Below, piece by piece: positions 26,896 to 37,370 of a stretch of 64,000 nt of DNA; the first letter of the stretch is position 1, and every line of letters starts with the position of its first letter. Both the position numbers and the translations under genes were made by a program. Location of the stretch: the NCBI GenBank assembly GCA_951406725.2, contig OX597818.1, positions 14,012,001 through 14,076,000 of the forward strand. Direction: 5' to 3'. The notes under the pieces were generated by a model. It was not told where the DNA came from and searched no databases. It saw only the letters and a list, made by a program, of their open reading frames with translations. Origin of the DNA: Octopus vulgaris (lineage: Eukaryota).

Positions 26896-27627
26896 AGTAG
26901 TTGACTGAATTATCTTATTAAGGATAATTCGAAAGATAACCGATACCTGGGTAGCAAATTCACATCAGAAAGAACACGGTTGAAGCTACGTCCCTAGGGC
27001 ATAGACTACGTGTCTTCGTGCGGAAATTTGTATGTTTATTTTAAAATTATAAGTATATGAAAGAATGGAGTTGAACGACTAGTTAACAAATATCCTTTAT
27101 TCTCGACATATGTTTCGAAGGCTGAATATTTCTAATTCCGAAGGAATAAGGAGTACATTATGCAGATTTCTCATCAGGAAAATCAAGGAACTTATTTCGA
27201 CATCAAAATGCACAAAAAACTTTTAGCTGACCGCTCTCAAGGAGCCCATGGCGATAATGAGTGTCTCTTTATAAGGAGTGACGTCAGAGTGCCTGAATGT
27301 AGAAGAATCTAGAAGGTTCTAAAGGTTCAAGGGTTCAAACGAAGTAGGAGGAGGGAGGCATAAGAATAGTAAGGTGAGAGAGTGCAGGTCAAAAGAATGG
27401 TGTGTTTAAATGATTTCTTTTATGAATGAATGCCTGTGTGTGTGACTGTATATAACTGTCTTAATGTGTGTATGTGTGTGTCTGAATGCGTGATTGTGTT
27501 TGTGGATGGGTAGATGTCAGAAAACTCACAGCTGTGAGGTGAAAGTATGTGTCTGTGTGTTCGATTATGTTTACTGTATAGGAAGGAAAGTAGATAGCGA
27601 AAGGGAGAAAGAATCGGGCGAGGTTTC

Positions 27628-27958
27628 GATGTCTACTTCTACATTGGCGCAACCTCTTGTAAATTATCCCAACGGATCTCCAACTATTATTCCACTTTCA
27701 GAGATAAGAGGAAGCAATACAGCACGGGGCTAAGTAAATTAGTCTGGCGTCTGAAGAACAATAACACTACGTTCAAGCTTGAATGGTCCATTTTGTCGGT
27801 GTCCTTCCCGTTTGATAAAGGCAGAAAATTTTGTGGCATCTGTAAATTCCGAACTTTTTCATATTTTGTTCGCCAAAGTCCCTTTAATAAATACAATCGT
27901 CAAAAGATACTACAGGTGTTTACACTGGAAAAGACACACCTTTCACTCATATAAATAG
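27628..27958 (+). pseudogene. GIY-YIG endonuclease fragment (Naiad-type PLE), one +1 frameshift near 27845
   Basis: DVYFYIGATSCKLSQRISNYYSTFRDKRKQYSTGLSKLVWRLK...EWSIL...FCGIC, then shifted NSELFHILF...RCLHWKRH, stop at 27956-27958. Confidence 0.85.
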
Positions 27959-28517
27959 TGACTAATATACATAACCCCTCGATTTCCAAAAAGAATTTTT
28001 GTAATATTTCGCCCCAATAGTCAAAAAGGTTTTCTTATATTCCCAATTACTACTATCCATTCCTGCGTTGCCTCTCACCTCGCCCGATTCTTTCTCCCTT
28101 TCGCTATCTACTTTCCTTTCTCTACAGTAAACATAATCGAACACACAGACACAGACCTTTCACCTCACAGCTGTCAGTTTTCTGACATCTACCCATCCAC
28201 AAACACAATCACGCATTCAGACACACACATACACACATTAAGACAGTTATATACAGTCACACACACAGGCATTCATTCATAAAAGAAATCATTTAACCCA
28301 CCATTCTTTTGACCTGCACTCTCTCACCTTACTATTCTTATGCCTCCCTCCTCCTACTTCGTTTGAACCCTTGAACCTTTAGAACCTTCTAGATTCTTCT
28401 ACATTCAGGCACTCTGACGTCACTCCTTATAAAGAGACACTCATTATCGCCATGGGCTCCTTGAGAGCGGTCAGCTAAAAGTTTTTTGTGCATTTTGATG
28501 TCGAAATAAGTTCCTTG

Positions 28518-28602
28518 ATTTTCCTGATGAGAAATCTGCATAATGTACTCCTTATTCCTTCGGAATTAGGAATGTGCAGCCTTCGAAACATATGTCGAGA
28601 AT
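28518..28602 (+). ncRNA. Type I hammerhead ribozyme, intact core (second copy on minus strand at 27099-27183)
   Basis: ATTTTC-CTGATGA-G...CTGCA...TGCAG..C-GAAA-CATATG-TC-GAGAAT. Stem I ATTTTC/GAGAAT, palindromic stem III ACATATGT, GUC site at 28594-28596. Confidence 0.8.
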
Positions 28603-28654
28603 AAAGGATATTTGTTAACTAGTCGTTCAACTCCATTCTTTCATATACTTATAA

Positions 28655-28692
<38 letters not shown>

Positions 28693-28704
28693 AATTTAAT
28701 AAAT

Positions 28705-28764
28705 AAAATATATGCATACATACATACATATATGTACGTACCTACATCTACATGTATATATACA

Positions 28765-28832
<68 letters not shown>

Positions 28833-30224
28833 GAAAAAGAATGACTTCACTGGTAGCTCTAATCAGTTTAGTTTATTATTTCTCAAATTTTTTAATAATG
28901 TAAATTTTACTTTATTGATCTAGTAAGTTCTTTGTTAATATGGGTGTGGAGAAAGTTTTAGAAGATTTTGTTGTTAACTTCTTTGGAGAAATTTCTCGCA
29001 TTCGCTGTGAAATAGATCTGCGGATTTGGGTGTGTGTTTGGTGTGGGGTTGGGGTTTCTTAATCAGAGTGGGTGTGAATGACTCTTGATGAATGAGAGCT
29101 GAAAGAAAGTAGTGAATGGTCAAGACAAGATACTTGATTGGGGGTGGAGTTGGGAGTGCCAAAGAATTGTTTTGTGAAGCCATTTGAATGGTTCACATTT
29201 TGTCAGAAATCTAATAGCCAGATGTATTTCCAAATGCTTTCTTTCAGTTATTTTCATAAAAATGTTTGGTGATAGAAGTGTTTATTTTTTTGTATTTTTT
29301 TTATTTCCTGGACCATTGAGTTTTCTTTTTATCTCCTGGACCATTGTTACTATTAAGTTAATATGCTAATTAAGTAATAGTTTAAAAGAAGCAGGAAGTA
29401 GGTGGGAGTGTAGTCAACGGTAGTTTGTACATATTTTTTACGACATTTATTTTACGTTACACTTAAGTTATTTTTACTTTGTAAATTTTTAATTTTTATC
29501 ATTCGTATCATTTGTAAATTTTCTTTTTGCATTTTGTCATTCGTACTATAATTTTTATTCGAATATATTTATTTGACATGGCTTTCATTTTTATTCGAAT
29601 ATATTTATTTGTCATTGCTTTAATTATTATATCATCACAAGTATATATTTTATTTTTATCCCTACATATTATTAATTTTATATGAATGTTTAGAGACATA
29701 AGTTACGTGAGAAATTAGTTGCTGTAAATTTTAGTTTTTTATTTGTATTTTTTATTTTTATTAATTTTATTTGAATTATATTATGGCTTGCACTGTAAGG
29801 TCCGGCGAATCTATTTACACATACGCATACTGATATGTTAAAATTAAATTATAGTATTTGGTATCGAACTATGATAAAGTTATTTAGAGGCCTGGTGGTT
29901 GGGGTTACATTTTAAGAAAGGTTCCTGTAAAATACTGCGTGCTTAAGGAACAGTAAATATCCTCAATAAGCACGTGTAGCTGAGAAATGCGTAGTAAGTA
30001 TTAAATTAAATAAAAATTATTTTATATGGTGTGATGAAGGGGACTACTCTCTCTAAATAACATATATATTTCCTCACTGAGAATAATTTGAACCCCGGTG
30101 ATGCCAGAATTTTTATTCCCTAAAATATATATATATATATATATGTGATAATTAAAAATATATGCATACATACAAACATATATGTACGTACCTACATCTA
30201 CATGTATATATACATGCATATATA
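28705..30224. repeat. 70-bp direct repeats flanking a 1.4-kb unclassified insert
   Basis: 28705-28774 and 30155-30224 are identical except for one base. Confidence 0.85.
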
Positions 30225-30234
30225 AATAAATATA

Positions 30235-30853
30235 CGTAAGTACAGGACGCCACAACAAGACGTAGAAACGGGAAAAACAAAAATTTAACGACAAGTACAG
30301 GACAGGCTACACAAGGAAAAATCCCCCAATTTCTTTTTTTTTTTACAAGAAAACAAGTACAGGACAAGCTACACAAAGAAAAATCCACCGTCATCAGCTG
30401 TTGCTAGTTAACTCAGGCGTGTTTCGAAAGCAAGACAGGACACTCGTTAGCTAGGCCTTCCTGCGAGAGAATTAAAATAAAATTCCAAGCAGCGGGGTAA
30501 AACGGGTAAGAACACAAACAGGATGTAACAATAAAACTACACAATAAAATACAAGATAAAAATACATGTACAAAAAAATACAAGACGAGAAATAAAAAGG
30601 GAATACAATACGGAAATCAAACAAACAAGAGGACAAATGAGAAAAACCAAACAGACGAAACGGGCCTTTTTTTTTGGCTAGACGAAAGATGTGTGGCAGC
30701 GTAGGGAAGCAAGACTTTTCAGTAGCAGAGGCAGCGTGCGAAAGAGAGAAAGTTTTTAAGCTGGGAGTGAGAAAGAAGGAAGGAGGAGTGAAGAGGGTAA
30801 AGCAAAGGGAGAGAATTGCGCGTCTTAAATATTTATATAAAAATTGAATGGAG

Positions 30854-30856
<3 letters not shown>
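30235..30856 (-). mobile_element. Non-coding repeat, probably a PLE pseudo-LTR
   Basis: Bounded by TA-rich runs. Internal AAGTACAGGAC repeats (x3). Minus strand has CGAAACACG...CAGCTGATGA. Confidence 0.4.
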
Positions 30857-30903
<47 letters not shown>

Positions 30904-30906
<3 letters not shown>

Positions 30907-31701
30907 GTGGTCTGCTCAGTTGGTATAACCTTCTAGCACGTTTCCGTCGTTTACAGCAGTGTTTGGATGGAAGGTGTGTAGCGTGTGATCGTCGCAAAGA
31001 CCATGACAAAGATGACTGAACAGAGAATCTGCATCAAATTTTGCCAAAAGTTTCGCGATACCAGCTCAGAGGCTTACGCAAAGTTTTCATAAAGATTTCA
31101 TCATTCTTGACACTATCAAGGAGATCTTGTGTAACTGAAATGGGAATGTCTTTATGGTCAGCTGAAAGCAGTTTTAGCACAAACTTAGCAGACACGATTT
31201 TCTTACCCAAATCTTAAGTGATAATGGATTGAACAGAATCGTAACTAATCTGCACATCCTCTGATAGCTCACGGATGGTGATTCAACTATTTCCCCTCAC
31301 AGCTGCACGCACATCTGCGATGTTTTTCTCAGTTGTGCTGGTTGCTGGTCTTCCAGAACTTTCATCAATATCGACAGTTTTTCGGCAATCTTGGAGACGT
31401 CTGGACCACTCGCACCCTTTGTGTCTCATACCCTCCTTTTCATGCACTTTCTGCAACATTTGCATATGCTTCTGAGCAGGTATCGCCATGACAGCCCTCT
31501 CTGTCATGGTTAATGTAACAATCACATGCAACACGCATTCCTTTTAAGCATTGCTGTGAACAGCGGAAGTGAGCTAGAACGCTAAAACATAGTGCGCATG
31601 TACAACAAATTTCAAGGTTAATCTTCGTCGAGCGGCTTTATTCTGCGTACTGTTGCTTCGTTACTATGGCAACATTCTGAATACTTATTGATCAGATCTT
31701 G
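30904..31701 (-). mobile_element. mariner (Mos1/Hsmar-like) remnant with inverted 5' segment
   Basis: Right end reads TA-CAAGATCTGATCAATAAGTATTCAGAAT on the minus strand. Minus frame SSGRPATSTTEKNIADVRAAV..ITIRELSEDVQIS..SAKFVLKLL. Plus-strand MTEQRICIKFCQK at 31012. Confidence 0.8.
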
Positions 31702-31702
31702 T

Positions 31703-31743
31703 ATACATACATACATACATACATACATACATACATACATACA

Positions 31744-31771
<28 letters not shown>
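31703..31771. repeat. (TACA)n microsatellite
   Basis: Direct reading. Confidence 0.95.
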
Positions 31772-31774
<3 letters not shown>

Positions 31775-32714
31775 TTATACATGTATATATACATATGCGT
31801 TTGTGTATACCCAACGGTGTTCCCCACAGTTTCCTCTTTGCAAATACCAATCTAAACGTCACTGTTGGCCTGAGGCTACTGCAGCACTTTCCCATTTGTT
31901 TATATAAATTTGTTTTTGGTATATTTCTTTTAAACACTATTTATCATTTTAAATACCAATGAACCTCTGCCTTAACTATGTGAAGTTGCCTGCAGCTATA
32001 TGAATTTACAGAATTCTTTTCTTTAAATGTAAATGTTAAGGAAACGATGGAGATGCTCGATTTACTTCCAGGTTATTAAAACCTATGTTCTCTGCGCAAA
32101 CATTTCAGCTACATCTATGCCATGTTATATTAGTATAGGATAGCAATATAATAAAGGGTGTGCTTCAGTTACTCAGGATAGTTTGTAATTTAAAGATTGT
32201 TCAGCGGACAAACCTATTGTTTGAACCATCTAACTATTCCCAAATGGTTTGCAATATATTTCGTTTGATGCATATTTACGTTGGCTGAGTGTAAACTGTG
32301 GCTTCTACCGGAATATAGGGATATATTGTTATTTGAACTGATGGGTATTCTCATAAATAATTTAAATGCTTTCCTTTCTCTGTAAATATACAGCTCTGAA
32401 CATTTGTCAGGCGCCAAACGTTTGCGTATGGCACCGTATGCAATTGTATGTATGCTCCACATGTTTTTGAATGAAAATGTGTTCTTAGTTGCTATAGAAG
32501 TGAATTATCGTTGTTGGGTATGTAACATATAAAGCTTATTTTCAGTAAAAACTTTATAGAAACCGGATTGGAAATAATTTTCGTTTGTAAACTTCTCGAT
32601 TCCATTTATAACGGCTTTCTTTTGGTATATAAGATAGAAATTTTGCTTTTTCAGGAGACTGTTTCATACAAGAAGGATGTACAATGATTTTCATTTTGCT
32701 ATACTATGTTACAT

Positions 32715-32870
32715 TTCTCTTTTATCTTTTATCTGGTACTTGTTTTAGTCATTAGAGAGCGGCCTTGCTGGTGCACCGCTTTGAAATATATCAGTCGAAC
32801 GAAACGGCCTCAATAATAATTTTAAACCTGGTACTTATGCTATCGATCAATTTGCCGAACCACTAATTTG
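32715..32870 (-). mobile_element. SINE 3' fragment
   Basis: Matches 18965-19165 (TACTTGTTTTAGTCATT..GCGGCC.TGCTGG.GCACCGC). Confidence 0.65.
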
Positions 32871-33629
32871 GAAAAGCGGGGTTCTGCTAGGATGAGTAAC
32901 AACATGACATGGATCAAACATTTTTCGTATGACTTTTGTGACATAGATTGGTTTCTGCTAATTACGTATGATAATTACCAATTGTGTTAGTTCACCACAG
33001 TTCTGATCGTCCACTCTGAGATGTGAAGTTCATTGCGAATGGAGCTCATTGATATTTTGAAGCCGAACATTCAGAAGGCTATTTTTCTCTCTCTCATACA
33101 ATTGAGATATCCAAAGGATTCTAATTCCACTCAATCATTGTCTACATAATGTATTGCAACATTGAAAAGTTGACAGTTTCTGCATCACAGTGTTCCGCTA
33201 ACATGGAAATAATGTCGCTATGTCATTTCCTTGCTTTTGTTAGTGTTTAATCTAAAAAACAATACAGAGATTAATTATTTAGAAGATTGAAATACACCGA
33301 AAATAAGCGTCCGTAAATACTCCTCACACCATGTATAAAATGAAAAGTAAATATACACACACACGCGTGTGTGTGCGTTTATGTAAGTGATCACCATGTA
33401 TTGGCTAAGCAAATAGTCAAATATTAAGTCATATAAGCCCTCGATAGAAAAAAATTGGGTATTATTACGCGTTGGAATCTAAACCACAACTCATATTCGT
33501 AATTAGTGTGTTGACTGAATACCCCATCTTACCCAACGAATTTTTTCCATTAGATTTCATAACTAAAATTTCATCAGTGTGGTGTGACGCGTGAAAATTC
33601 TGTACATAATAATAACTATAAGCTATAAG

Positions 33630-33667
<38 letters not shown>

Positions 33668-33765
33668 GGAAAAGGAAAACAAAACAAAAGATGGACTAGT
33701 ATCTCAAGTCATTCAGAATATTTAATTAGATTGAGGTGAAGCAAAAATGGAAAGTAGAATTAACT

Positions 33766-33847
33766 AATGTCCTACAGCTCTTTCCGGGATATTCTAGGTG
33801 ATGAGTCAACATCGCCATACACTAGGTATTCCGACATCAGACACAAT
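33766..33847 (-). ncRNA. Degenerate hammerhead motif in a PLE pLTR-like repeat (about 33663-34330)
   Basis: Minus strand: CTGATGT-CGGAATACCTAG...CTAGAATATCCCG-GAAA-GAGCTG-TA-GGACATT. Long stem II with two core/stem III substitutions. Confidence 0.55.
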
Positions 33848-34332
33848 GTGTTTATGCAGAAATGTTCCAGACAGTGAATTTACAGTATATAAAACAGAAC
33901 ATAGAAGAATAAAGACAGAAGAATAAAGTACAGAGTCCATCATTTTCCAGAGGGTATGGAGGTTAGTCTGTACTTCCGTGCAAGTATAACCCCTTAAGTA
34001 TAATCTCAGGTACATCCAAACAGTATTTTGAGTGTTACATTCAGATTGAAAGAGTACATCAAGTGGTTAGCTTGTAATAAAAATGGTCCTCATGGGTATA
34101 TAGCATGAGGGAGACAGACATCGTGATAGACAGATAGATCAGAGAAAAAAGTAGGGGTTGCGAGTGAATGAGTGAAGGAAGAGAAAAATAAAAGAATAAG
34201 ATAATTAATGGTAAAAAATGAATGAGAGCAAAAGTAAAATAAAAAAACAAAGATAACAATAACAGGTAAGAGACCGGTATTATTCTTTGTCATGGGAGGT
34301 TTGGGGTGAGAGATCAGGTGTTAAGGTTTTGG

Positions 34333-34800
34333 TAAAGTAGGGAGCATATGAATTCTTGGACAAAAGGAACTAATTCCCAGTGGAACGAAAGGAATGTAAA
34401 AGGAGTCCATAAGGATGTAAGGATCAATTATTGTTTGATAAAATGGTCATTGAAAATTGCAAATCCAAACGCAGAAACCTTAGCACCGCATGGGTAGATT
34501 ACAAGAAGGCTTTTGACAGTGTCCCCCATGCATGGATCATCAAGTCCCTGGAAATTCACAAGATAGCTCCAACAATTGTGAACTTTTTAAAAATAGTCAT
34601 GAATTCTTGGAGTACCACCCACATGTTAAACCATACACAAGGATACATCATCTCACCAGACATCAATATCGCCTGGGGTATCTTTCTAGGTGGTTCATAA
34701 TCACAATTACTATTCTGATTCGCTCTCTTCCCTTTATCCACAGGCAACTGAATAATGCAAAGAAAGAGCATAAGATCTTTGACCAGAAAATTAATTTAAT
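34333..34800 (+). pseudogene. Reverse transcriptase fragment, R4/Dong-clade LINE
   Basis: GCKDQLLFDKMV...NLSTAWVDYKKAFDSVPHAWI...GIFLGGS (GIFQGDS-like), with stops. Confidence 0.88.
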
Positions 34801-35499
34801 TCCAGATCGGTTTTATTACCAAATATGAGGAATATTTTTAGCATATCAATGGCAATACCACATAACATTGGAAGCAGAAACAGCTGTTAGATGAGATGCA
34901 GTCTATTTGTATTGAATTAGAAAATAGTAATTCATGTAAATCAATTGTTGTTGATCAATATTTCTCCATTTTCTGTTTATGGATCAATACCCAGGAACTC
35001 GGGCACGTGTGTATCACGTCAGGCTGGAGATGGAAAAGACGACTTCCCTTTGCAAATACAGATAGGGTACAGAAAGTATGTCGATAGCCAACTGGAGATG
35101 TCTTCCTGGGGCTACAAGCTACAGTAACATCAACCCTTAAGGGTTAGCCTCATTTAGGTGGCAAATATACTTCATGATGTCATGCAGCTAGTGTTAATAC
35201 CTCGTTCAGAGTATCATTGCTTGTTTCCAGTTTTTCAAAGTATATATTTGCATTGAGAACCACTCCCATCGCCAAGCGGTGCTTGTCACTCTTCTGCGTT
35301 CGGCTGCTGTTGCTTCGTGAGTTGATTTGGTTAATGTATTTTTGTTGTTGTTGAATTATCTGTTGTTGTCATTTTAACGAACATTTTCGCCCTACGGGGC
35401 AGAAAATTGTTTTCTGGATAAATTATTAGACTGTTGTTTGTAATATTTTACTCATTGCATAAAAAAAGTATATTTTTCAACCAATACAAGGTATTAGCA

Positions 35500-36270
35500 A
35501 AGATTTTGGCCAAGGTGTTAGCAAAAGGTTGACGCGTGTCGTGGAGAAACTTGTAGGGAAGGCACAGACATGCACCATCCCAGGCAGGTCAATCCAAGAC
35601 CATCTTTATCTCATACGCTAAACCTTAGGGTCGGTAAAGTATCCGGTAGATGTGGGGCATTGGTCCATTTACACCACGGTAAAACTTTCGATAGGGTAGA
35701 CCACCAGTACCTGGCGGCAGTTCTTGAGGCGACTGGCTAGACTGGGACTTTCACGGTTGGATCAAGGCCATTTATGGCGACAAACGGTTACCTGTCGGAG
35801 CTGTTTGAGATCAAGCGCTTGGTTGGTCAAGGGTGTCCCGTATCCGCTTCCGTATGTACTGATTCTTGAGTATTTACTGCGGGGGTTGGAGAGTATGGGG
35901 GTGCATCCCCTATGAAATCGGATGTGGTAAGCCTGTTTCTGCATATGCGGATGACGTCACCATCACCGTGTCCAATGTAGCTGAGCTACCATGTGTAGAG
36001 GATGCAATCAAAGGATAAGAGACGGTGGCAGGGGCAAAAGTGAACAAGGACAAGTACATCGGTTTGCGCCCCGGCACCTGAAGCGGCAAGCCGATAACGT
36101 CCAGTTTTGGGGGGCTCTGGGCGGATTGGTCCTGTTAAGTTGCTTGGAATTTGGTTTGGTCCAGACTCCAGACGGAGAAGAATTGGAGTGAGGTGGCCAG
36201 CAGGGTGGAGGCCCTGGTCCTGACCTGGTCTGGAAGGGCACTGTCCCTCTATAGGAGGGTTCACTTAGCA
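35500..36270 (+). pseudogene. L1/Tx1-type reverse transcriptase fragment
   Basis: KILAKVLA, QTCTIPGRSIQD, KTFDRVDHQYL, QGCP, AYADDVT, GAKVNKDK, VKLLGIWFG. Many frameshifts and deletions. Confidence 0.88.
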
Positions 36271-36352
36271 CATTTATATGTTTGTAACGTCCTGTATTGT
36301 CCTTCTTTGTAATAGATATTTATTATCATAATAAAGAATTGATGGTTGTCAA

Positions 36353-36391
36353 ACGCTGATGACGGGTCAATATTCAGAAACTCAGGTCCGT
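36353..36391 (+). ncRNA. Minimal type I hammerhead ribozyme motif
   Basis: ACG-CTGATGA-CGGGT-CAAT-ATTCA-GAAA-CTCAGG-TC-CGT. Intact core, stem I ACG/CGT, GUC site at 36386-36388. Confidence 0.7.
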
Positions 36392-36989
36392 GTGTATCAC
36401 GTCACGCTGGGGACGGAAAAGACGACTTCCCTTTGCAAATACTGAAAGGGCACAGAAAGTGTGTCACTAGCCAGCTGAAGGAGATGTCTTCCTGGGGCTA
36501 CAAGCCACAGTAGCATCAACCCTTAATGGCTAGCCACATTTAGGTGGCAAATATTCATTAGGTTTTATATATATATATTTTTTTTTTCAATGATTTTCAG
36601 TTTCTTCTACGCTAATTCTAATACGAAAATGTTCGTAAGAGCCAAAATTTTTAGGGAAGAATTATGTTTATTAAGCACACTCAGTATTTGTTCCTATAGC
36701 TCTTTATTTACTTTTTATATTTATAATAGCTCTCATGAATATTTTTGTTACACCAATCTCTAGTGTTGTGAATGAGTATAATTTTTTACCTGTAAAGTTT
36801 TGAAGGAGAGTTTATAAAATATTTTTCCTTTGTTATATTTCCAAGAGCGGATGAAGATTTTGTTTACGTAAACCATTGTTTTAACAAACATCAGAATATA
36901 TGCTTGCATGTCGAAGGTTTGTTTCACTTTATTTTTTAACGTATTTCCAAACGCACACAATGTAGATCACCCAACGCACACAATGTAGG

Positions 36990-37146
36990 AAAAATTCTAG
37001 TCTGACTGTGGGAAATAGCTGGCTTCGCAGACACACGGTTCTCGCTTCAGTCTCTCTTCGTGGCACCTTGCACGATCTACTATGGCCCCGGGACGGCTGA
37101 AGCCTTGCAAGTTGATTTAATAGGTAGAGACTGAAAGGATCTAGTC

Positions 37147-37150
<4 letters not shown>
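36990..37150 (+). mobile_element. Decayed SINE 5' half (16573 family)
   Basis: CACGGTTCTCGCTTCAGTC..CGTGGCACCTTG..AAGCCTTG..GGTAGAGACTGAAAG. Confidence 0.65.
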
Positions 37151-37180
<30 letters not shown>

Positions 37181-37280
37181 GAGGTTGTTTGTTATTGCCA
37201 GTCAGAGAGCAGTCATTGGTTTCTTGCCTATAATGAACTTAGCAGTATAGCTGACTCGTCATACATACATACATACATAC

Positions 37281-37370
<90 letters not shown>

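Larger units (their letters stand above)
27041..28660 (+). mobile_element. 5'-truncated Naiad-type Penelope-like element with inverted pseudo-LTR
   Basis: Arms 27041-27624 and 28077-28660 are near-perfect reverse complements. The spacer encodes a GIY-YIG C-terminal half. Each arm carries an HHR. Ends in (TA)n. Confidence 0.9.
34981..36554 (+). mobile_element. L1/Tx1-clade LINE remnant bracketed by about 190-bp direct repeats
   Basis: Diverged direct repeats at 34981-35168 and 36364-36554, with an RT fragment between them. Confidence 0.7.

Noticed and set aside
30235-30390. CRISPR-like spaced repeats (AAGTACAGGAC x3)
   Set aside because: Eukaryotic context, irregular spacing, and the spacers are themselves partly duplicated. 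No cas genes.
32214-32462. Possible Helitron Rep/helicase fragment
   Set aside because: Only a vague resemblance, with no diagnostic motif.
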